The notes under the pieces are model-generated. The model was not told where the DNA came from and ran no database searches. It saw nothing but the letters and a program-made list of their open reading frames with translations. 64,000 bases of DNA from the IMG/VR virus record IMGVR_UViG_3300032285_004073, positions 1-64,000 of that record, one strand, 5' to 3'. This DNA is from a virus. Position 1 is the first letter of the stretch. The number at the start of each line of letters is the position of its first letter. The translations under genes and the position numbers were made by a program. Positions 1 to 8,117 of the stretch are shown in pieces.

Positions 1-1
1 G

Positions 2-265
2 TGGGCTTATACAACTCCTTCTGATCATACAACAAATGGTGTTAATTTATCAGCTGGTGCTAATTCTCAAGGCATTGAACTCTTAGGAGGTTATGCTACT
101 TCAAATGCAACAATAGATGTAAAGACAGCTTTGAACTTCTTAAACATGGGATCCAATATTGATTACTCGGATGCTGATAAAGTTGTATTAATGGTTAAGC
201 AATTGTCACCAGCTGCTTCTGATGCCTGGATTGTTGCAACAATGAATTTTATAGAAGCTCTTTAA
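2..265 (+). CDS. 3' end of an unknown protein, probably virion/structural (5'-truncated by the window)
   Basis: Open frame from base 2 (WAYTTPSDHTTNGV...MNFIEAL) to TAA at 263-265. Confidence 0.6.
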   Translation, partial: WAYTTPSDHTTNGVNLSAGANSQGIELLGGYATSNATIDVKTALNFLNMGSNIDYSDADKVVLMVKQLSPAASDAWIVATMNFIEAL

Positions 266-283
266 GAATAAGTATTAGTAACT

Positions 284-1120
284 ATGTTTACTATTCTTAT
301 TGGTGTAGTGGCTTTAATTGTTGCTGGGTGTGCTGCTTTCTTTTCTGTACAGGGACTAGCAGCTCTCTATGCAGCTAAGTTTATAGCTGTTTGCATTATG
401 GCTGGAGGCTTGGAAGCTGGAAAGCTTGTTGCTGCTTCCTTTCTTCATAGGTACTGGAATGTCTGTGGAAAGCTTTTAAAAGTTTATCTAACAATAGCTG
501 TTGTTGTTCTGATGGCTATTACTTCATTAGGCATCTTTGGATTCCTTACTGGTGCCTATCAAATGTCCCATTCTAAGGTTGAACTGACTGATACTAAACA
601 GGAAGCTTTAAATTCTAAGAAAGAGTTTTTAACAAATGAGATCAAACAATTAAATGATAGAATAAATACTTTAAATGAAGCAAGAAAAGCACAAGAAAAA
701 AGATTACCAGAAATGTCAACCAAATCGGCTAGACCAATATATGAAGATATTAAAAGATCAGGCGAAGAAATCAACACAACAAGAGCTAGAGTTGATGAAC
801 TTACAAATGAACTATTTCGAGTTAGTCAGGATTCAATCCAAGAAAAAATTGCAGGATCAAAGGAAGTTGACATTGGAACGCTTAAATATGTTGCTAAAGC
901 TTTTAATGTTGACGTGGACACAGTTGTTAAATGGTTTACGCTTGCTATTGTATTAGTTTTTGACCCTCTTGCAATAGCTTTAGTATTAGCTTATAATTCT
1001 TTGATAGAAACAAATCAAATTACAAAAACTCCTACAGAGAAATTAATTACAGAAGAACATAAGAAATCTTTTAATATAAAAAGAAGAATATTAGGAGCAC
1101 ACTATAGAGATCAACAATGA
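284..1120 (+). CDS. Membrane protein with 3-4 TM segments and a central coiled coil
   Basis: Hydrophobic N-terminal helices, heptad-rich middle, C-terminal TM (VVKWFTLAIVLVFDPLAIALVLA); TAAGTA late-type motif at 269-274. Confidence 0.7.
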   Translation: MFTILIGVVALIVAGCAAFFSVQGLAALYAAKFIAVCIMAGGLEAGKLVAASFLHRYWNVCGKLLKVYLTIAVVVLMAITSLGIFGFLTGAYQMSHSKVELTDTKQEALNSKKEFLTNEIKQLNDRINTLNEARKAQEKRLPEMSTKSARPIYEDIKRSGEEINTTRARVDELTNELFRVSQDSIQEKIAGSKEVDIGTLKYVAKAFNVDVDTVVKWFTLAIVLVFDPLAIALVLAYNSLIETNQITKTPTEKLITEEHKKSFNIKRRILGAHYRDQQ

Positions 1121-1269
1121 AACCAATAAAATATACATCTAACAGAAATTATAGAGATTTTTATATAGAAGAATCCGATAACATCAAGAAGCCGGTTTTT
1201 TTAAATAAAAAAAGACCAAATATTCTTAAAAGAATAAAAAAAGCTGTTGATTATATTATTAAGGGATAA
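1117..1269 (+). CDS. Small basic hypothetical protein (50 aa, below the ORF-track cutoff)
   Basis: ATGA overlap with the upstream stop; MKPIKYTSNRNY...VDYIIKG*. Confidence 0.4.
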   Translation: MKPIKYTSNRNYRDFYIEESDNIKKPVFLNKKRPNILKRIKKAVDYIIKG

Positions 1270-1302
1270 TATATTAATAATAGTTCTTTGATAAATAATT
1301 TT

Positions 1303-1753
1303 GGGGGCGTACTGGTTTCGACTCATACTCGAAGTTTGTATCGCACGCAGTGGTTGATCAGCTGGCCACTATAAAAGCTGATTAAAACATAAATGCAAAG
1401 GTAATAACCAATGCAGTTAAGTCTGTCAAGTCATTCGTGACAAATATAGCTGAGTCACTCTTCTCCAACGAAGACGAGCTCTGCCTTATGGCTGCTTAAC
1501 ACTGAGAGAGGATCCTATTAAATCTCTTAGCATAACAATAGGTTTAGAAGGACTTGTGATTCTTAGAAAAAAAGTACAAGGGGTTGTGTGGTACTCTTCA
1601 ACTACATAGGCAGACTCTAAAAGATAGGTCGGTAAGCCATAGCAGCCTGTAGTCAATCAAATGCTAAATTTACCTAAGCATGTAGAAGTATAAATAGAAC
1701 AGTATGAACACAGGGGTTCGACTCCCCTCGCTTCCATTCCCTCGCCTCCACCA
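1303..1753 (+). ncRNA. ssrA: tmRNA
   Basis: 5' GGGGGCGTACTGGTTTCGAC; 3' T-arm GGGGTTCGACTCCCC; acceptor CGCCTCCACCA with G3.U70; PK1 (GTGG 1350-53/CCAC 1366-69, ATCAGCT 1357-63/AGCTGAT 1376-82); tag frame 1395-1499 ending LMAA*. Confidence 0.95.
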
Positions 1754-1759
1754 ATTTAA

Positions 1760-1865
1760 TTGAAGTCGGCAAATACCTCTCCATGATCGTTCGCGAAAGG
1801 TTGTGTGATGTAACCGGCTCGTCGTAAGTTCGTACAAAACCAACACATAATGAAGGACGCTTCAA
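1760..1865 (+). ncRNA. Candidate structured non-coding RNA, family unrecognised
   Basis: GC-richer non-coding stretch closed by TTGAAG/CTTCAA with nested helices and a UUCG hairpin, followed by AAGG..CCTT-U7. Confidence 0.35.
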
Positions 1866-1884
1866 GTTGTCGGGACAAAGGAAC

Positions 1885-2124
1885 TTACACCTTTTTTTCA
1901 GGTTTTAATTGACCACCCCTTCTTAAAGCTCCTCTATAATTAGATGCTTGGAGTTTAGCTTTTTTAGAATCGTGTTTTTTGCTAACCCAATTACTTAATT
2001 TTTGTAACTTGGTAGAAGTAGATAATCCTTTTAAGCTTTTTCTAAATTTTTGCCAATCACTGGCTGAGACTGCTTTGTCTATTTGTTGATGAGTAGCTTC
2101 ATTAAAAAAGGTTTTAAAATTCAT
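1885..2124 (-). CDS. Small basic late protein
   Basis: MNFKTFFNEA N-terminus; TAAATA motif just upstream. Confidence 0.65.
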   Translation of the reverse strand: MNFKTFFNEATHQQIDKAVSASDWQKFRKSLKGLSTSTKLQKLSNWVSKKHDSKKAKLQASNYRGALRRGGQLKPEKKV

Positions 2125-2173
2125 TTTTTATTATTTATGTTGATTTACTTTTATTTTTCTATATTATAGAGGA

Positions 2174-2806
2174 ATGGGAATGTTCGATTATATACACTGT
2201 GAAAAAAAGCTACCTCTAACTAAAGAGATTAAGAAGGCTTTTCCTGATACCGATTGGTCTAAAGAGTCTTTTCAAACAAAGTCTTTAGACAATTCGATGG
2301 CAACATATAATATTAGTAAGTCTGGAAAACTCTCAGTCCTTAAAATTGAGGGTGAGTATGTTCGTACAATGACTGAAGACGAAGAAGAGAAGGCGAGAAA
2401 GCAAAAGAAGTTTTGCTGGCCTTATGAGTTTGTGGAATCTGGTCGTAAAAATGAAAGTGTTGATTATACTGGAGTTGTAGACTTTTATTACTACAGTGAA
2501 GACCTGAAAGGTAATACCTGGGATCTTGAGTTTGCTGCAACCTTTGTTAAAGGTAAGTTAACCAAACTTGTGCTCACTAGTGGAAATATTATTAGAACCG
2601 CTGAAGAGAATGAAGCAGATGAAAAACATTGGATAGACCAACACAATGCTTATATTAATCATCCTTGGACTAAGACTAAGAAAGTTCTTGATAAGATTAC
2701 ATTCAAATATTGGAGTACTTTTTGGAAGAATGTCTCTATTATTATTGATAAGGCAGTCAATAGTTTGTCCAAACTGAGGCTTTGGATTATCCGAAACATG
2801 TACTAA
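2174..2806 (+). CDS. Hypothetical phage protein
   Basis: 210-aa ORF preceded by a sigma70-like promoter. Confidence 0.7.
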   Translation: MGMFDYIHCEKKLPLTKEIKKAFPDTDWSKESFQTKSLDNSMATYNISKSGKLSVLKIEGEYVRTMTEDEEEKARKQKKFCWPYEFVESGRKNESVDYTGVVDFYYYSEDLKGNTWDLEFAATFVKGKLTKLVLTSGNIIRTAEENEADEKHWIDQHNAYINHPWTKTKKVLDKITFKYWSTFWKNVSIIIDKAVNSLSKLRLWIIRNMY

Positions 2807-2807
2807 T

Positions 2808-2909
2808 ATGAGATCATTTGAAAACTTAATTGTTTGGTTGGGTCTACTCACTTTGAGTGCTATACTTTGGTGGACTTTAATCAAGACTTTTATTTTCCTT
2901 TTTCGTTGA
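2808..2909 (+). CDS. Small single-TM peptide (33 aa)
   Basis: MRSFENLIVWLGLLTLSAILWWTLIKTFIFLFR*; starts 1 nt after the upstream stop. Confidence 0.45.
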   Translation: MRSFENLIVWLGLLTLSAILWWTLIKTFIFLFR

Positions 2910-2940
2910 ATATTCCTTAGGTTTCCTATACTATAGGTAC

Positions 2941-3882
2941 ATGAGCAAGATTATAGCAATAGGCGATATTCACAATCGCTGGGTACAAGCTGAGGCTGTT
3001 GCATCAAAGTATGATGATACTCATACTATTGTGTTCACTGGTGATTTTTTCGACAACTTTAATGATACAGCTTTGGATGCTGATCAAACAGCTCGTTGGC
3101 TCAAGGAGTCATTGTCTAAGCTTAATCGAATTCATTTGATGGGCAACCATGATATCAATTATCATTATAAGAATGTTCGACCTGGATCCAATCTTGGTGA
3201 TCAGATCTATTATTGCTCTGGTTATAGTCCAGCTAAGGATGATGCTATTAACAGGATTCTGAATAATGAGGATTGGGATAAAATTAAGTTTGCTCACAAG
3301 CAGAATGGATTTTGGTTTTCTCATGCTGGGTTTCATCCTAATTGGTTCTCTAGTCCTCCTTATGGAATGGATGATCAGATTCTTGAGATTAAGCTGAAGA
3401 AGATTCAACAGGACTTTGATGCTCGAATCTTTAGCAATGAACTCTGTGGAGCTGGAAGGTGCAGAGGTGGAATGCATAGAGTTGGTGGATTGCTTTGGAG
3501 AGATCAGATGCAGGAGTCTTATTCAGGTTCTTGGTGGGATGATACTTCAGGCATCAAACAAGTCTGTGGACATACACCTATGAGAAATGGTATTGATATT
3601 GAAGAGCTTCGTAATAAAGGTCTTTGTATTGATATTGATTGTGGCCTTAAGCAAATCCTTGAGATTGATGAGGATGGTACCTATACTGTTATTGATACTG
3701 GTCTTGATAACTTTTATAAGGAACAAGAAGATAAGTTTCATGCCCAACAAAAGAAAGAAAAAGAGGAGCAGAAGCAAAAGTATCTTAATAGTATAGGTGC
3801 CTATGATCATATCTATAAGCAGCTTGATGACATGACCAATTCTATTATTGATAAAAAGGATGCTCCTAAATGGGAATTTTAA
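2941..3882 (+). CDS. Calcineurin-like metallophosphoesterase
   Basis: GDIHN, GDFFD, GNHD, FSHAG and GHT motifs. Confidence 0.9.
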   Translation: MSKIIAIGDIHNRWVQAEAVASKYDDTHTIVFTGDFFDNFNDTALDADQTARWLKESLSKLNRIHLMGNHDINYHYKNVRPGSNLGDQIYYCSGYSPAKDDAINRILNNEDWDKIKFAHKQNGFWFSHAGFHPNWFSSPPYGMDDQILEIKLKKIQQDFDARIFSNELCGAGRCRGGMHRVGGLLWRDQMQESYSGSWWDDTSGIKQVCGHTPMRNGIDIEELRNKGLCIDIDCGLKQILEIDEDGTYTVIDTGLDNFYKEQEDKFHAQQKKEKEEQKQKYLNSIGAYDHIYKQLDDMTNSIIDKKDAPKWEF

Positions 3883-3998
3883 TATGTTTAAAATATTTGA
3901 CTGGATAGAGATTTTAACGTGAATAAAATTTGGAATCATCCATTAATTGTTAAAGTCTCTATTATTTTAATATTAATAATTTTTTATTTAGAAATAAA

Positions 3999-4430
3999 AT
4001 GGTTAATAACTTGAATAATAAAGTAGTTACTTTTGACTTTGATGATTGTCTCTTTGAAGATCCTTCCTATCAAATAGGAAGTCTTTGGGCTGCTTCTGGT
4101 ACAACATCTGAACCTATTAAAAGAGTACATGACCTTGTTCAACAAAAACATGAGGAAGGTTATGATATTCACGTTGTGACTTCCAGAGAGGAGAAGCATG
4201 TATCCGAATGTTGGGATTTGATTAAGCTTTATAACCTACCAATTAAATCTGTAGTAGCTACAGCGGGAAAGAATAAAACTCCTTTTCTTTTAAAATTGAA
4301 GAGTGTTCTTCATGTTGATGATAATGTTCAAGTTTGTGTTCTGGCTCAACAAGCCGGTATTGAGGTGCTTCTTGTTGATCAGGGGCAAGTGGATATAAAT
4401 TCAACAGCGGCTTTGTTTGATAAGATTTAG
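3999..4430 (+). CDS. HAD-family phosphatase (resembles the phage polynucleotide 3'-phosphatase domain)
   Basis: TFDFDD motif I, VVTSR motif II, HVDDN motif IV. Confidence 0.8.
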   Translation: MVNNLNNKVVTFDFDDCLFEDPSYQIGSLWAASGTTSEPIKRVHDLVQQKHEEGYDIHVVTSREEKHVSECWDLIKLYNLPIKSVVATAGKNKTPFLLKLKSVLHVDDNVQVCVLAQQAGIEVLLVDQGQVDINSTAALFDKI

Positions 4431-4469
4431 CTTGCTAGTTCCAGCTAAAGAACCTATTATATATAGATC

Positions 4470-5033
4470 ATGCATCAAGTATTTCTAATAGCTGACCCGC
4501 ACTTCTCCCATGAGGGAGTCTGTAGATTCCTTCGTGATGATGGCACCAAGCTTCGTCCTTGGGACAATCCTGCAGAGATGGATGAGGCAATGATCGAGAA
4601 CTGGAACAAGGTTGTTCGACCTGTTGATAAGGTTTATGTTTGTGGAGACCTTGTAATGAAGGCCAAGAAGCAGATTCATATTATGAATAGGCTCAATGGT
4701 AAGAAGGTTCTTATCAAGGGTAATCATGATATTGGAGAGCTAAAGGATTATCTTCCATACTTCTATGATATCAGAGCATTCCATATTCTAGACAACTTTG
4801 CTATTACCCACATTCCTATTCATCCAGGCTGCTTGGGTAGGTTCAGAGGTAACATTCATGGACATATTCATCAGAGAAAGGTAATGGAGGTTCGTCCTCA
4901 AGGTTGGGATGATGTTGTTGATCCAAGATACTTCTGTATCTCAGCAGAGCAGATTAACTATACCCCGATTGAGTGGAATGATCTAAGGAAGAAATTCTAC
5001 GCCCAGCTAGGTCTCGAGATTAAAAACTCTTGA
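4470..5033 (+). CDS. Calcineurin-like metallophosphoesterase (short phage type)
   Basis: ADPHFSH, CGD, GNHD, THIP, NIHGHIH motifs. Confidence 0.9.
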   Translation: MHQVFLIADPHFSHEGVCRFLRDDGTKLRPWDNPAEMDEAMIENWNKVVRPVDKVYVCGDLVMKAKKQIHIMNRLNGKKVLIKGNHDIGELKDYLPYFYDIRAFHILDNFAITHIPIHPGCLGRFRGNIHGHIHQRKVMEVRPQGWDDVVDPRYFCISAEQINYTPIEWNDLRKKFYAQLGLEIKNS

Positions 5034-5063
5034 CCTAGTCTTCTTTTACTATAGAATAAGATT

Positions 5064-5279
5064 ATGGATGAGTTAGAAGATAAACTAAAGGAGTACGCTG
5101 AACTAAATCTCTTTATTCAAAAGCTAAAGCCTTTTATGGAGAAGGATAAGATTATAGCTTGGCTTGGTACACCTAATAAGGTTCTTGATAATAAAATTCC
5201 TTTTGATATGATCATGGAAGGTAATATTGTAGAACTAAACAAAATGATCTATGAAGCTGGAGAGGAGGCATTTCAATGA
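5064..5279 (+). CDS. Stand-alone Xre/MbcA/ParS-type antitoxin toxin-binding domain protein
   Basis: AWLGTPNKVLDNKIPFDMI matches the W-L-x-x-P-N-x-x-L-x-x-x-x-P signature; own sigma70 promoter (TTGACC 5030-35, TAGAAT 5052-57). Confidence 0.7.
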   Translation: MDELEDKLKEYAELNLFIQKLKPFMEKDKIIAWLGTPNKVLDNKIPFDMIMEGNIVELNKMIYEAGEEAFQ

Positions 5280-5662
5280 CAAATCATGAAAAGATAATTG
5301 AGCTCAATAAGATCTGGTATTCCTTGATATCTGGAGATCATTTCAAAGACTGTGATTGTCACTTTAGGATTAATACTCATTATTATTATGGGTCTCATGT
5401 TGAGTATGAAGTTGAGCACCATGGCTATATCATGAGAGACATTGGTGTAGAAGCTTTTGGCACATTAGAAGATGCTGAAAACTTTCTTATTCATTCTGTC
5501 TTGAAGAGAGGTATCATGAGTGAGATTAATTGGTTCTTATACCCACCTGAAGATAGTATCTCATATGAACATGAAGCTCTTAATAAAGATGAGATAGAAG
5601 GTTATAAGAAGAGAGTCCTAGAACTTGTTCCAGATATTGAGGAGGAAGAAGATTATGAATAA
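5276..5662 (+). CDS. Hypothetical protein
   Basis: 128-aa ORF, ATGA-coupled to the upstream gene. Confidence 0.65.
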   Translation: MTNHEKIIELNKIWYSLISGDHFKDCDCHFRINTHYYYGSHVEYEVEHHGYIMRDIGVEAFGTLEDAENFLIHSVLKRGIMSEINWFLYPPEDSISYEHEALNKDEIEGYKKRVLELVPDIEEEEDYE

Positions 5663-5858
5663 AGAAGACTATCTATTGCCAGTTCATATAGCAATGCTTT
5701 TAATGGTTCTAGGTTTTGGTATATTCTTTCTTATGATCTTTTGGGATGTAAAGAAGACAGTTAAGAGAGGAAGGAAGTATAGCAGGAAGTTTAAGAAAGG
5801 TTTGCTTAAAGCAAAGAGAAATCTAATCAAGAAGAAGAATTGGTTCTATGAGATTTAA
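5625..5858 (+). CDS. Small membrane protein (one TM plus basic tail)
   Basis: IAMLLMVLGFGIFFLMIFW; the true start is probably the internal MNKED. Confidence 0.55.
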   Translation: MFQILRRKKIMNKEDYLLPVHIAMLLMVLGFGIFFLMIFWDVKKTVKRGRKYSRKFKKGLLKAKRNLIKKKNWFYEI

Positions 5859-6532
5859 ATCTCTTTCAAAGTAACTTTACCTTCCTTGTCAATTATTAGA
5901 TAGTGACAAGGTTCATCACAAAAAGAGCCTGAGTTGTGATATTCTTTTCCTGACTCAGTACATACAAAGCTTTCAGCATAATGGATATGCCCTCCAACAA
6001 TGGCATCATAATCCTTATCCTTAATAAAGTCTATAGCCTTGTTTCTGATCTTAATTTTAACATTCAAAAATGTCTTGGATGTTCTCTTTAACCATCTACT
6101 AAACTTTCTGGATCTATCTATCTTCTGGAAAAAATAATAAATGCTTTCAGCAATATGGGTTATGACTGGATACTTCTTAATGAATGAATCAAACTGATGG
6201 AAATGGATAAACAAAAACTTCTTATTGTTTATTGTTAATTCATACTTGTCAACAAATTCTAGGCCTAGAACCTTTATTAAGAATGTTGAATTGATATCAT
6301 GATTACCTCGAATGAGTGTAACTTCTTTCTTTTTAGCTATCTTTCTAATAAATGCTAATACCTTCCAATGATGCTTTTTATATCTTTCTATATAGTTTGA
6401 ATCAAAGACATCCCCATTTAATATTAAATGATTATATTTTTCTGTTTTTAAAACCTTGACAAGAGATTTAACTCTTGACACAGGTGAACCAAGATGTATA
6501 TCTGAAATAACTAAAATATTATTTTTATTCAT
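5855..6532 (-). CDS. LpxH-like metallophosphoesterase (UDP-2,3-diacylglucosamine hydrolase family)
   Basis: ISDIHLG, NGDVFD, GNHD, HFHQFD, GHIH, NSGS motifs. Confidence 0.85.
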   Translation of the reverse strand: MNKNNILVISDIHLGSPVSRVKSLVKVLKTEKYNHLILNGDVFDSNYIERYKKHHWKVLAFIRKIAKKKEVTLIRGNHDINSTFLIKVLGLEFVDKYELTINNKKFLFIHFHQFDSFIKKYPVITHIAESIYYFFQKIDRSRKFSRWLKRTSKTFLNVKIKIRNKAIDFIKDKDYDAIVGGHIHYAESFVCTESGKEYHNSGSFCDEPCHYLIIDKEGKVTLKEI

Positions 6533-6573
6533 AAAGTTTAAGGGTAATGTTGTGATAATGATTAAGTAATATT

Positions 6574-7413
6574 ATGAATAAAATAATATTACACCCAACC
6601 CTTACACAACAAATACTTAATGAGTATAATGAAGGACTATCAAGTATTAAGCTGAGTAAAAAATATAATATATCTTCTAAAACTATAAGAAGAATTATTA
6701 TAGAAACTGGTGCAAAGATAAGGAATAGACAAGAATCAAGCACAAAATATACTTTTGATCACAATTTCTTTGAGAGTATTGATACACCAGAAAAAGCCTA
6801 TTTTTTAGGTTTTATGCTTGCTGATGGCCATGTTGGTGAAAGGGAAGTTATAATAGCTATTAAGGATGTTGATAGACATATTATTGAAACATTTATAAAA
6901 TGTATTAAGGGAAATAACAGAATAGCTACTATAAAAACCAAATCATCGAAAATGATAAAAAAGGAAACAATAGTTTCAAGATTAAATCTAAGATCAGATA
7001 AAATGATAAAGGATCTTAATTCTATTGGATTAACTAGAAATAAAACTTACAACATTACAACACCTCAGATAGATGGACCCTTACAAAGGCATTTTTGGAG
7101 AGGAGTTTTTGATGGAGATGGATATGTTTCCCTTTTGAACCCTAAAGTGAAGAAGTGGCAATATAAGACATTAGAAGCTGGGCTCTGTGGGCATATTAAT
7201 ACTATAACATCTTTTGCTGAATTTTTAAATAAAAATGGTGTAACAACATCTAAGATCTTTCCAGATCATTCTATATTTTCAGTTAGAATTAATGGAAGTG
7301 CAAACTGTCTAAATCTTTACAAATTATTATATTCTGATATAAATTCAGATCTTTGTCTTACCAGAAAAAGAGAAAAATTCGAAATACACAAAGCCTATAA
7401 AGAACAAGCTTGA
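6574..7413 (+). mobile_element. Free-standing double-motif LAGLIDADG homing endonuclease with N-terminal HTH
   Basis: AYFLGFMLADGHV and HFWRGVFDGDGYV motifs; TAAGTA late-type motif before the ATG; no flanking intron core seen. Confidence 0.9.
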
Positions 7414-7448
7414 CACCTCCACCTAGACAATTTAGAATAAATAATAAT

Positions 7449-7673
7449 ATGAGTAAATTTGATAAATTAACAGAGGCTTATATAAAGGTTGTAAAAGAAT
7501 CATCCCATAATCTCTATACAGATATTTTGAATCCTCTTCATACAATTATTGGTGATGCTGATCATGTAGGAGATGCATTGGATAATGTTGATGATCTTGT
7601 TCAGTTTTTAATTCAAAAGAATCCATCTATTCAGAATGATCTTCTTGAATATGTAAAGAGTAAGAGCTTTTAG
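7449..7673 (+). CDS. Small late protein (track starts at 7410; likely start 7449)
   Basis: MSKFDKLTEAYIKVVKES, 5 nt after TAAATA at 7438-43. Confidence 0.6.
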   Translation: MSKFDKLTEAYIKVVKESSHNLYTDILNPLHTIIGDADHVGDALDNVDDLVQFLIQKNPSIQNDLLEYVKSKSF

Positions 7674-7710
7674 TCTTGACTAGCCCATAGAATGTCTATA
7701 GTATTAAGGC

Positions 7711-7905
7711 ATGTTTAATAAAGAAATTGATTGTTCATTTACAAGGGATGTTGTTTGTCCTCATTGTGGGTATGAGTTTAAGGACTCATATGATTTTTTT
7801 GAATATCATGGTCAAGAGGCTGACTTAGAGTGTTATGAATGTGGTAAAGAGTTCATTGCTTGTAGTCACATTACTATAGATTATAGCTCACATAAGAAGA
7901 AATGA
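7711..7905 (+). CDS. Small zinc-ribbon protein
   Basis: CPHC and CYEC pairs; own sigma70-like promoter. Confidence 0.75.
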   Translation: MFNKEIDCSFTRDVVCPHCGYEFKDSYDFFEYHGQEADLECYECGKEFIACSHITIDYSSHKKK

Positions 7906-7931
7906 CCTCTATTATAGAGAATCTTCTAAGA

Positions 7932-8069
7932 CTAGAAATTCAAAATTCTTGACACTCCATTCACTATTAAATGATCATACTTTTCACTCTTTAGTAACTG
8001 GACTACCTTTTTAACTCTAGATACAGGGCTTCCTAGATGAACATCAGAGATTACTAAAACATTAGACAT
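7932..8069 (-). pseudogene. Truncated paralog of the 5855-6532 metallophosphoesterase
   Basis: MSNVLVISDVHLGSPVSRVKKVVQLLKSEKYDHLIVNG then VSRILNF*; 27/36 residues identical to the N-terminus of the full copy. Confidence 0.85.
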
Positions 8070-8082
8070 CTAGACTATTTAT

Positions 8083-8110
8083 TTGACTTTCCATCCTTTT
8101 GCTCTATAAT
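8083..8110 (+). promoter_or_regulatory. sigma70-type promoter, representative of many
   Basis: TTGACT-16-TATAAT with the ATG 7 nt downstream. Confidence 0.75.
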
Positions 8111-8117
8111 TCTAAAT

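Noticed and set aside
1760-1865. c-di-GMP-I riboswitch or twister ribozyme
   Set aside because: GGCAAA, GAAA, GGACGC and UAA...GUCGUAAG fragments are present, but the required helices (P2 in particular) cannot be formed.
6533-7448. Group I intron hosting the LAGLIDADG gene
   Set aside because: The flanks are short, AT-rich and occupied by promoters; there is no room or motif for an intron core and no interrupted gene in phase.
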